Assembly: GCA_977018835.1 (NCBI GenBank)
Contig: OZ361256.1
Span: forward strand, 62,001-126,000
DNA from: Minutocellus sp. GHC0000111
Taxonomy: Eukaryota
Length of the DNA: 64,000 nucleotides
Direction: 5' to 3'
Made by a program: the position numbers and the translations under genes. A model generated the notes under the pieces. The model saw only the letters and a program-made list of their open reading frames with translations, was not told the DNA's origin and ran no database searches. Shown here one piece after another: positions 35,801 to 47,353 of this stretch; the stretch's first letter is position 1, and the number at the start of each line of letters is the position of its first letter.

Positions 35801-38800
35801 CTTGGAGAGTAGTGTAGGCATCATTTCTCTCAATGATGCTGTTCTGGCCGCCAACATAGATCGCGCGGGCCTGCTGGGGTGCTCCCATTTGCAGCATGAT
35901 GTTGATCTGAAGGATGTCCCGATCGATGGAGGCGATTCGCGACACATCTGTGGAAGGCTCGTATCCGGCCAAGGAGGTTGACGTTGCGACGCCGCCGCCG
36001 CACAGTTGTTGAGTTGCGACGGGGTCCTGGAGAATGCCAATGTCGGAACAAGTCAGACCGAAGCAGCTGAGGCTGTCTCTCAACTTGGCAAGAATATCGC
36101 CAAGGTCGTTGGAGTCCCACTCGTAGTCAATCAACTCATCGCGGAGGTAGGCGAAGGCTCCGGGGTTGCATCCTGCCACCTGAGGCACGGTTGACAATGC
36201 ATAAAGTTCGATGAAGTTCTCAAGCTCGCTTTCGTCATCGGCAGTTGCAGCATTCATGTAGTATACAAGATTGCGGATAAGTAACCCGTTCATCTGAGCA
36301 ATAATCTTGTCCACAGCACGACGGAGCTGGATCGGAGCTCCACCAGAGCAAGAGTCTGCCAGAACCTTGGCGTCACGGAAATGGCTCATGATGAGCGTGT
36401 TGGAGGACGCCTCACCAGGGCTTTCGCCGAATCTATCCGCTGCCTCCTCGGCCATTGCATACATGAGATTACCATTGCTTGATCCCTTGATTTGTCCAGC
36501 TCCAACGTAGTATCCAACGGCAGTGTCCATTGCAAGCGCACCGTCAATGGAGCTATCCGTACACGAGAGGACGGCCTGCTCGAGATGATGGATGATTTCC
36601 ATCCAAGTATTCAGCGCCACGGACGCAACAGCGGCCAGGTCAGTGTCCTCTGCTATCTCAAGAGCCTTGGAAATGACAGTGTTGGCGTACGAGGAGTCCG
36701 CTAAACTGCCAGTACCACCGTCCACAAAGACCGGCTCGTCTCTAAAGGCAAAGCGGAAGATGTTGTACAGACGATCCTGACCATATCGCGAGGAAGCGTC
36801 CGTACTGAGGCTTGATAGGCTGGTTGTAGAGCTCTTTCCGTTGTTGTAAAGCGTCTTGGCATTGGCAACGCTCGAAGAGGCAATCTCCTTTACATCGTTC
36901 GCGATAAGACCAGCTTCCTTGCCAGCTGTCGTGAAGGTGTAATCCACTTGACCTCCCTCCGGTTGAGTGGCAGGTCGAGTTGGGGCTTGTGCCGGCACGG
37001 AGGTCGGAGGTCGGGCAGTCGGTCCGCTCACCGGCGAAGTTGGGCCAGACTGAGTTGGAGGGACAGGCACAGCGCCTCCATTTGCCAAGGCACACATGTT
37101 TCCGTTTGCCACAACATCTGTGTAGACACCAACATCGCCGCAGTCAACATCCATCGTCTTCAAAGCTTTGGCAATGGAAGCAAAAACCTCCACATACCCA
37201 TCCGGCACAGGCTTGCCTCCACTGGAGGGAAAGGCCATATTCTTGTCGACAGTTCTAGAATCGAAGGCATTCACTTGGTTGAGGTAGGGCAGGATTGATC
37301 TGGACGCACCAAAGCCTTCTCCGATACTACCTTCCCTGGAATTGGCTCCGAGCATGTCATTGACAGCGGCAAAGTGGAGTGTTCCCTGGATCATTGCCAG
37401 TCTCATATCGCCAATGAGCTTTGCGGGGAGAGTAGGATTGGGCAAGGCCGCGCAACTTCCATCGGAAAGAGACTCCTTGCCTCGCTGAAAGAAATCAATC
37501 ATATCACTATTTGCCTGAGCTTTTCCATCATCATCGCAGGTGCCGAACTTATCGCAAACTTCGTTCGCGAGGCCGTGCAGAAGAACGCCGCTGCCCGTAC
37601 CACCAGCAGCGGTACCTTCGCCAGTACCGACATACAAGGCAGCGCCGCGGTCCCAGGCATCCTCGGCCGCCTTGGAATCCGATCCACAAAGATTAATAGC
37701 CTTGTGCATCTCCTGGAGCGAGTACATTGGGGTGACAAGAGTTTGGAGCAATCTGAAAACAACTCCCTGGAGCTGTTCCGGAGAAGCCCCAGGAAAGTTG
37801 GTCGATGCGCTTCCCTTGAAGGCATCCTGGATCATGGTATCGGCATAGTTGTCATCGTCATTGTAGTACGTCTTGAACCAATCAGATTCAGGGACAACCG
37901 ATCTTTCACTGGAAGTGGCGATGGACTGCAAAGAAAGAAGCGAACCATCCTGCATACTATTGCGTCCATTCACATAAATGTCCGCGGCAGCATCGTACGC
38001 TTCCCAGCCCACGAGGATCTTGATGCGCAAAACATCGCGATCGAGCTTGAGAATCTGCACATTTTGCATGAATGTTGTGTTTTTGATAAAGAACAAAGGG
38101 TATGAGAAACCAAATGTCTTGGGCAATTATGAAGAATCCAAAAAATGATGAGCAATGAGCATGCAATAGATCGTCAAGCAAAAAGAGCAAAACTCACTTC
38201 CGAAACATCCCGCTCAGGCATATATCCAGCGATATCGGTCACCAACGCACTGTCACTGCATTGAGGGATCGCACCATTCTTGTACGAGCCAACATCCTGG
38301 CATGTAATGCCAAGACACGGGTACAGAGCCTGCAATCTCGACACGACTTCGGGAAAGTCCTGCTGATTCAGGTCCTTCATCACGAGTTCCTCAAGGAACC
38401 AATCGAACTCGGCCGTGCTGCAAGCGGCAATCTGCGGCGTCAGGGCCAAAGCATAGAGCTCCAAGAACTTCTCGTTTTTCTCGGAGCTGTATTGGTAGAG
38501 ATTCTGTACGAGCGGTACAGTCATCTGGGCAATAATCTTGTTGACGATGAAGCGGAACTGCAGGTAACCATCGGGCTGCTTGCAGGCACCGGGCTGAATG
38601 ATGTCCGTCTTGATCTGATTGAGGAGGCCAATGATGTTGGTATTGACCTCGGCCTCGATGTTATCCTGTCCGAAGCGGAGACTGGCCTTCTCGGTGAGGC
38701 TGTAGAGCATGTGTCCGCCCTCATTCTCACCGAATTCCTGTCCACTACCGATCCAGTAGGCAGCGGCCTTGTCGAGGGCGGCTTCGCCGCTGGGCGAGTC

Positions 38801-39367
38801 CGACCCGGCCGACGTGGCGGTGGCCTTGCATTCGTTCATGGCCTCGTACAGGTGGTGGACGACGGTCATCCAAACACTGGTCACCAGGGCGGCATCGGTC
38901 TCAATGTTTTCGGTGTTGAGATCGAACAAATCCTCCACGATCGTGTTGGCATACACTCCCACATCCTCGTCGTCGAAGTGGTTGAGGTCCTCGTGCTCCT
39001 TGACGTTGCCAATGTAATTGAAGGCATATCGGAAGACGTTGAACATATCGTCGCCCTTCATGAGCGATGCGGCGTCCAAACTGAGCTTGGCGAGGGACTT
39101 GCCAGGCGACGAACCGCCTCCATCCTTGTAAATTTGCTTCTTGGTGGCAAGGTCAGTGCTCTCCTTGATGGCGGCAGCATCGAGGGCGAGGTTGGCCTCA
39201 TTGATGGGATTGGTAGTGGCAGTGTAGCCACCGCCTGCCAATTTGAGTGGCTGAGCATTGGCCAAGTCTACGTTCGAAAGAAGAAGAGCCAATTGTCCCA
39301 CCACCAGCATAAATGATGATGAAGCTGCGGACCCGCCAAGAAGACATGAATTGTTGCGGCGCCTCAT
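32826..39367 (-). CDS. Surface protein of about 2132 aa with six Fea1/low-iron-inducible periplasmic protein-like repeats; intron 38055-38197
   Basis: Hydrophobic N-terminal segment; six repeats with (W)D(K/R/E)AAAY.IG...G..(L/M)Y.LA...FG-like and (M/L)TVPLIQ-like motifs; C-terminal hydrophobic anchor. Phase-0 GTGAGT...CAG intron joins DVSE|ILKLD. Confidence 0.75.
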
Positions 39368-40021
39368 GCTTTGTGTATTGTTTGGTGTGTAATGTATGTG
39401 ACGAATGCCAATGACAATTGAACGAGTCTATTGTCAAAGCAGATAGTCGATTGGTTTGAAGATAATATATCTCTCTGTTGGAATTCAGATGCCAGCAGAC
39501 AGTCCGCACGACAAAAGCCAAGAATGACCAAACGAAAAGTACGATTTGGATTGTCGGATTGGCAAGACCGGTTCGCGTCGCGAAGCGAAAGAGTAACCCC
39601 TGTCGTGTCGATGTGAGAAGCCAAGAGAGCAAAGGGGCGCCCAGCGATTGGATTTATTCCCTCGTGTGACTGTTTCAAGAGGACGCCAGGCGGGCGAGCA
39701 ACTGAATCTTCCACGCTGTGCAATGTGCAGGCGACGCTTGCTACTTCCAAATTGATCCGATCGCGGGAGTTGCGCGAAGCCGTGGAAGGAGACAAAAATG
39801 TGAGAGCCAGGCATGGCGACCCGGAAGTGATCGTCTTTCCATCTTCCGTCAGAAATGCCAGATCACTGTGACGAAACACAGAAATGCTGCGTATCTTGTT
39901 TTTGGCTTTCGTTCCTTCGCTTCCGCCCTCGCAAGCACCTGTGAGCACATCACGTCCTGTTTGTTTGCTTTGTGCCTTGCCGTAGTAGGAATAATCATCA
40001 ACCAAAACACGGCCAAGATAA

Positions 40022-43000
40022 ATGGACCTTCAGGCCATCCTCGACGCTGGAGACTCCTCCACGTCGTCCTCGTCCGATGGCGGTGGCGGAGGCGTCTACG
40101 CCCGTCGACCGGCTGCTCCTACTGCTAATGCTGCGAGGGGACGGCCCTCGGCTGGTGCTGGTTCCTCTTCCGCTGCTGCCGCTGCTGGCGGTGCCAGTGG
40201 TGCCACCGCTCTGGAGATGGACCCTGACCTCGAGCAATTACTGCGGGTCGACTCCGACAGTGACGACAATGACGACAGCAGTGATTTTGATGCAGATGAG
40301 CAAGACGTCGGCGGCAGATACCAATCACGGCACGGCACGAGAGGTTCCTCTTCGGCAGCCGGCCGTCCAAGCGTCGGTACCAACAATGTGCGCGGCGGCG
40401 GCGGCGGCAGTAGCAGCCACGCCGAGGAGGAATGCCAAACTCCGGTGGCCAGGAGCAGCGGCAGATCGGTATTTTCCATGCCGGCCGCCTCCGGTGGTGG
40501 TGGATTGTCGTCGGCCCGGTCCGTCTCGGTTCGAAGCAGCACCACCAGCGGCGGCGCGGCCTCCGTTTCGGCCGACACGTCCATGACGCACACTGCCGAA
40601 GACTGGGCCGTCTTGCAGTCGATATTGGATGATGACGACGATGACGATGAGACTGACAGTTCGTCTTCCTTGAACCGCAACAGCAGCATCGATAACGATG
40701 TTCAGATCGGACTGAGCAAGGATTGGGCCTCCCGTGTATCCCGTCACACGGGCAGCATTGGTGTCGGCTATGGAAGTAGTACTCGCAACAATAGCAGCAG
40801 CAGGAGCTCGAAACGCCGAGGCGATGATTATGATGAGGATGAAGATGACGAGGATGATTTGGCCGATCTGCTCGGGTCCTCATCGGCTGCCAACCGACCG
40901 TACAGGACGCCGTCCTCGTCACACAAGCGCACAACAAGCCGATCGTCGGCTCGGTCCTATGCCAGCGGCAGTGGCAGCAGTAGTCTCGCCGCATCGACGA
41001 ATCCGGACGTCGATGCCATCCTTCGGTCCATGGCAAGCGAGGATGACGATGACGACGATGTCGACGATGTTGACATGGACACGATAACCGCCGGCTTGAA
41101 CAATGCCAGCATTCGCGACGGGTATGTGTTCAACTTTGGTGACGATGCGGGTGCCAAATCCAACAAACACAATAAGAAGAAGGGTGCCAGTGTCGGCGCT
41201 TCGGCATCATCCACTCCGGTCAAATCATTGGGATATGACATGGCCAAGACGGCGTCTTTTGACCGGAAACGATACAGAGATAGGGCGGCAGCGCATAGGT
41301 CGGCCGAAGAGAAGAAGGAGACATCCTCCCCTACGAGCGAGGTCTCGGCATTGGCTGGATCGTCCGGCGTCATGTCGCCGACCAACGCGTCTCAGGTCAT
41401 ATCAGCAGCGTATCTTCGCCATGCACGAAATGCGGAGCAGAAGCTTCTCCGACCGCGACAGAAAGATATTGTCAGCCCGCTCATGGTGAAGCGTCGGATG
41501 AAGCCTCGAGAGATGCTGACGTCGAGAATAAAAAAGGACGGTGCCGGTGCTGGTGCCTCCTCGGGTTCCGGGAAGGACAGTGAGAGTGCGGCGGCAAAAG
41601 CTACCGCTGCAGCAGCCGCCGCCGCGGCGGCCCGTCTTCCGGGCACTGCATCGTCCGCTTCGGTTGTGGAATCCAAACCTCTGACGCGGATCGGAAAGGA
41701 GCTTCTCATGAACTCGAGGGAGAGGAAATTTTCTGTCGGCCTTCCAACAGCCTTGGCCGTTTCGTCCAAGTTCATTGCTGTCGGAACACAGAAGGGACAA
41801 GTCCTGGTCTTTGATCACTTTGAGGTTCTGAAGCTGAGATTGGGTGGTTCGCCTTCATCCTCGGGCGGTGGAGGCCCTGAGTTGAGTCCCTCCGCTGGTT
41901 CGGTCACCTCGATTGATCTTTCTCATGATGGCGATGCTCTGATAGCAGGATATACCTCTGGACTGGTGGTTTTGTGGGATGCTATTCGAGGCACAATCCT
42001 TAAGTCGGTCGGCGATGCGCACGCTAGCCCAGTAACATCGGTTCGCTTCTTACCTCAGCCAGATTCCCTCGGTGTCGTGACAGTAGATGCAGGAGGGTTG
42101 GTGAATCGGCTGATCTTCTCCAAGGCAGTCCTCTGGGGCTCCTACAATGTCGAAACCGAGTGTCTCTTGGATGGCACTGCCGGACAAATACTTGCCACGC
42201 ATGTACTATCGCCACTTCCATCGGTGACAACTCCTGCGGGCAGGGGCGGTAATGAGGAAGTCTCTGGCCCCCATCCTGGCTTTAAGAAGCTCGTTTTGGT
42301 TGCTCTGTCATCGGATCGGAGTACCTTTTCAGTTGCAGTCGAGCCAAAAGTGAGCGTGCTCTATAGATGGGCGAGACCGAGTGACGAAATGATGGATATT
42401 GATTCCTTTTTCTCCACTTTGACAACAGCAAACGCAACAACTGATACCAGTGCATCCGATAGCTCTGCTCAAAAGTCACGGCCTGCTCCTGCACCGACTG
42501 CCTTTCTGCCTTGTATTTCTTGGGGTTGGTCCCAGGTCCAAGGTGGGGGCAAGGCACTAACGCCGATACTTGCTCGAGGATGGGGATGCGCAATACAGTT
42601 TTTACGGGCCAGTTTTCCCGAAATTGATGACAGTGGCCTCGGTGATGATTCCGAAATGCCTCCGTGGCCTGCATTCGGCGAATACAATGAGTTTCAGTCT
42701 TCGGCTCCGGTCGTTGCACTGGAATGGTTGGACAGCAGATCTCTGGTTTATCTCACTGTTACAAATGAATTCACCATCGTTGATACTGTGATGATGACAC
42801 TGATGGAGCGCCTTGACTTTTCAGTTGTAAAATTGGTTTATGCCGAGTTTGCACTCAGCCGAACAGCATCAACCGCCATTAGTAACAGTGACGGCGGGAC
42901 GAATCCAATTACGGTGCGATCGCAGAGCATCACAACAACATTTCAGAATAGCATTCGATCAGCCGATGGTCGGATTCTCATCCTTTGCCAAGAAGGTCTC

Positions 43001-46000
43001 CTATCTGTTTCCAATCTGGGTATTGAAAAGAGAGTGTCAACGTTGGAGGAAGACGGAGAATGGCTTGAAGCCCTTGCTTTGGCCCTGGACCATTACGAGT
43101 CTACCATCAAGAGCCTGGAGGATCGTCGTCGACTCCGAGATGGAGATTTGTCCAGGCATCCCGAATTCGCCAAAGGGCAACGAAGTGAAGAAGAGGAATG
43201 GATTGCCTCCTTACTAATGAGGTATATGCATTTAGCGGTTGAGAATGCCCCAGAGCCCATACAAGACGACAGCTTGAGTTTGTCTGGAAGGGGGAGGCAG
43301 CAATCGAGGTTCATTGATCTGGCTCATGGACACTTTCAAATGTTGGCTGGAGTCTGCATTGATTTCTGCGTAGTTACTCGTCGTTTGGATCTTCTCTTTG
43401 GTCCGGTCTTTGAATGCTTCAAGGTTGCCCAATATGTCAGTGTCTTCTTCGACGTACTGGAGCCCTACGTTCTCAACGACAGGCTAGATTACATCGCCCC
43501 GGAGGCCATGACACACTTCATTGAGCACTGCAAGGCGATGAACGACCTTGCCATTGTTGAACGATGCCTATTGCATATGAATGTGGCATTCATGGACTTC
43601 GATACCATTCTTTCGCTGCTCCGGTCAAATGGCATGTACACAGCTCTTCTTCATGTACGAGGTCAGATTCGCGAGAAATCGAGCGCCCGGTTTTTGACTG
43701 CTTTCGAGGGGATTGAAAAGCGCCTCGAAGAATAGTCATGCTGAAATATTTAAGAAAATGGCTATTTTTACTCTAATTTTGATTTATCTTCATGTGAAAC
43801 AATAATTCGGATAAGACTTCAGATTTCAGCGGCTCTAATCAAATGGACGCGTTCGTCGCACTTGGACCGGTATACTGCTTCCCAACGAGTGCCGATGATT
43901 CATCTGATTCGGCCGCCTTCCGTTCTGTCATCGACGATCTTGCAACGGCGACCCGGCGGTATACTGCACCATGTCTCTTTGCAATTGCCAAGTGCAGGGA
44001 GCAGGCAAAGGTGGACTATTCGGTGCTGTCCAGCGCAGAGCATGGTGCACGATTTTCGGGATGGATGAAGGCGTATGGTGCTCTACCTGCATCTGAGAAG
44101 GCGATGTGGGAGATGAAGAGGAGATCTCATCTGGCTATGCAGCCATACATTCGAGATGTTATTGTTGATGCTCTGATACGAAATCCTCGGGAATCTTGGC
44201 GGGAGCTGGAGGTGGATGTCAACTTTTTTGGTGTTCCTACTCGGCAATACGGCGGTGGATAATGTCGCGGGAAGGGTTCCGGTACTATGCCGAAAGGATC
44301 ATCCCTCTCCTTACTACACATCAGATGGAGAAACATTTGGCATTTGCGCGGAAATTCCGAAACAATTGGGGGCTCGGCGGTGGCAAGTTTCTCCTTGTTA
44401 TGTTCGATGAGAAGTGGTTTTGGGGGGCTTGGTTCTTCGATCGTATGCCAAGCAAGTTGCAGAATTGGGTATTGATCCTCGGTCCTTCTCGGCATATCAC
44501 CGAAATCACATCAACAAGTGCATGGTGGTGGTGGCTGTCACTGCCTTGGCTTTTATTGACAGCATTGAGAATGGCGGCATTGCGTTCAAGCTTGGACTTT
44601 TTCGGGCGAGGCAGATGGTAAGGGAGGCGGTGCGGCAGGCAGATGGTAGAATCAAATATTGCGGCCCGGTGGTTCGGAAGAAAGACGATCTATACCTTGT
44701 GGATTGCGCGGTGACTGGATGCAGCCATGGCACCCTTGATAATCCCAAGTTCCCACTGAAAGCTTTGTTTGAGAACAAGATATTTCCGGATGTTGAGGCT
44801 TTGGTCGGACCTGGCGGAAAGTTTGAAGGCTATGTCCCTATTTTCCAGGGCGACAATGCTGCGCCCCATGCCGAGACTGAATTTGTGGAATATGTGGAAG
44901 GATACTGTCGGGACAAGGGATGGCGTTGGGAACCTCAGGCCCCGCAAATGCCCCATATGAATGTTCTTGATCTGTCTGTTTTCCCTTGCATGTCAAAGCA
45001 GCATACAATGTTGTGCCGCGATCGGGAGGGGCTGAAGGTTTTGACAGAGGATCAGACTTACTTGCTTGGGATGCAGCGGAGGAAGTTTGGATGGGGCTGG
45101 AAAACTGGAAGATCGCATCGGCATACATCCAGGCTCATAGAATTGCAAAGAAGGTAATCGTTGCAAAAGGCAACAATGATTTTCTTGGAAACGGTGAAGG
45201 CATTCATGTTGGGGTGCGAAAGGATTTCAGGCCGACTGAAAATGGCATGGTTCGGATAGATGGGAAAATTATCGCCTCCTGCTGATCCAACCATGGATAA
45301 TTAGTCCTGCGGTGCTTTTAAGTTATATTGTGTTTAATAATACTAGATTGGATTGTAGATCTGGATACTAGCTGCTGCAATACATGTACTTTGCATTGTA
45401 CATGTATTCAATGCCGGTAGATCTAAGATTCAGGCGGTTGCGGGCCCAAAAAGTCGCTGTTTTGGTCCCGACCCTGCGCTCGATTTCTCGCGAAACGGAC
45501 TTCGTATACAGTCGGGGTCTGGACGACTTTGCTACGCCTCTCGCGGAATTATTTGAAGCTATTTTCAGTGCAGCAGATGATTGCAACGCTCGGATATACA
45601 AGCGGCCAGATGGCGTCCCTAAGAATTTGTACGAGAGATATGGCTATAAGGCCATTATGTATATTGAATACTGCCTAAAGGGGAAGATGTTTCCGCAGGG
45701 GGGACAAATTGAGCCCATGGACAAGGCCCAAGCCATTCGTCGTGAGATTGTACATTTTCTGCAGGAAAAGACATATGCTCCACCACCGACGGTTCGATGT
45801 ACTGCAATGTCTCGGCGAACCCGTCTGAGAAGGTTGCCCTATAAGGCATTGGTCTTTGACTACATCAAGAATGACTGCATGAGCAGTATTGTCGATTGTG
45901 CGGCGTCGGAACAAGAATTGAAAGGAGAAGCTCCTGCCTCTGCTAAGGACCTGTTGAAGGAACCTATTTTCGGCAAACTCCCAGAACTCATCAACTTGGA

Positions 46001-47276
46001 TCCAGTGCAGTCTACCCAGCTCGTCACTGAAGTATTCATCGAAGACGTTGATGAGGTTATTGCGTCTCTCGACGGAGAAGACAATGAGATCGCTCTGTTC
46101 AACTTCTTCCATGCCATCGTTTCTGGTTCGCTCGCAAAGATTGATCCTGTGGCCGGCCCGGCCCTTCTTGCAAATTTGACCCTATCGCACCACCAAAAGT
46201 ACCTACTGCTCATGGCTCGCTATCATCCTGAAATGATGTACCAACACTTGACCACACATGACAACTATAGAGTCGAGGATTGTCTGAAACTCTGCCAGGA
46301 GTACGACATTGCTGATGCCTCCGCATATCTGCTCGAGCGGATGGGTAATGTGTCAAGTGCCCTGCAGCTCATGCTTCAAACTCTCGAGGCTCGTCTAATG
46401 GGATTGAAGCGTATTATAAGATCAATTGGTTCTGAAAGTGGATCGAATCATCGGCGTAGGAAGGGCAGCCACTTGTCGACCTCTAGTACTGGCTCGAGCA
46501 GAAGAGGAACCAACGCCAACGTAAAGGGTAGTCAGTCTACAGCCATCACTGCGAATGATACCTACAAGAAGGAACTGGAAAAGGTTAGGCAAAGTCTCGT
46601 CGTTGCTCTGGATCTCTGTGAGCGCAATTCAGGTGCATCCAAGCCAAGATCAGATCACGGATCGCAGCTCTGGTTCAACATCCTTGATCGCTTAACCAAT
46701 GCTAAGGGATTTCTTCGGCTCCATAAAGAGCAATCAGAGCATTCAACCATCATGTTGGCTCTCCTTGCTGAGCTTCTTGAGCTAAGTATGCAGAGAATGG
46801 TATCCGTCGTCCCACTTCCTGACTTACTCCGAAAGATCACGACCGACCATTCTGGAAGCAGTCTGGGAGAATTCAAGGAGATGCTTGCAACTCTTCTCAA
46901 GACGTACAACACTGAGCTGAAACTATCCAAGAATGCCCTTGGTGTAATGAACAATGATATTAAGCAAATGACAGCTGAGAAAAGGCGGCTGAAACTTCGT
47001 GGTTATCGAATTGAGTCTTTTGATGATTCTCGTGTAAAAGTGGTGGATATTTCGGGAGAAGCATCAAGCGGCCAGGGGGTAAATGAAAGCACCAATTTGT
47101 CGCGACTAAGAGCGAAGCGAAACCAACGCCTTGCTAGACAGGGTGAGAAGCGTGGTAGGTCCAGCCTCAGTACCAATCCGAGAAGCAGAATGGTTTCAAT
47201 TCAATCGTCGGCTCACTTTGGTCCTCGCCAAATCGGTCGCCTCTCGCAAGCAGATAATTATGGCAGACTAATGTAG
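40022..47276 (+). CDS. VPS8: VPS8 (CORVET subunit), interrupted by a transposon at 43658-45504
   Basis: WD40 region (GLPTALAV...IAVGT), GEWLEALALAL, LEPYVLNDRL, VERCLLHM and clathrin-repeat-like DASAYLLERMG. Removing the insert and one TA restores GMYTALLHV-YSRGLDDFATPL in frame. Confidence 0.88.
43658..45504 (+). mobile_element. Tc1/mariner DNA transposon (DD38D spacing) with TA target-site duplication
   Basis: TA|CGAGGTCAGATTCGCGAGAAATCGAGCGC at the left and GCGCTCGATTTCTCGCGAAACGGACTTCG|TA at the right: 29-bp TIR with 3 mismatches. Confidence 0.95.
43843..45285 (+). pseudogene. Transposase, frameshifted
   Basis: MFDEKWF, FQGDNAAPH and QAPQMPHMNVLDLSVF, with 38 residues between the 2nd and 3rd Asp. 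Spread over ORFs 43843-44262, 44196-44621, 44414-45157 and 44986-45285. Confidence 0.85.
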
Positions 47277-47353
47277 TAAAGAGTATGTAGAATAGCATAC
47301 TGCATCTTTTATTATTTATCATCATCCATTTAGATCTGAGAAGTAGCTCGTAG

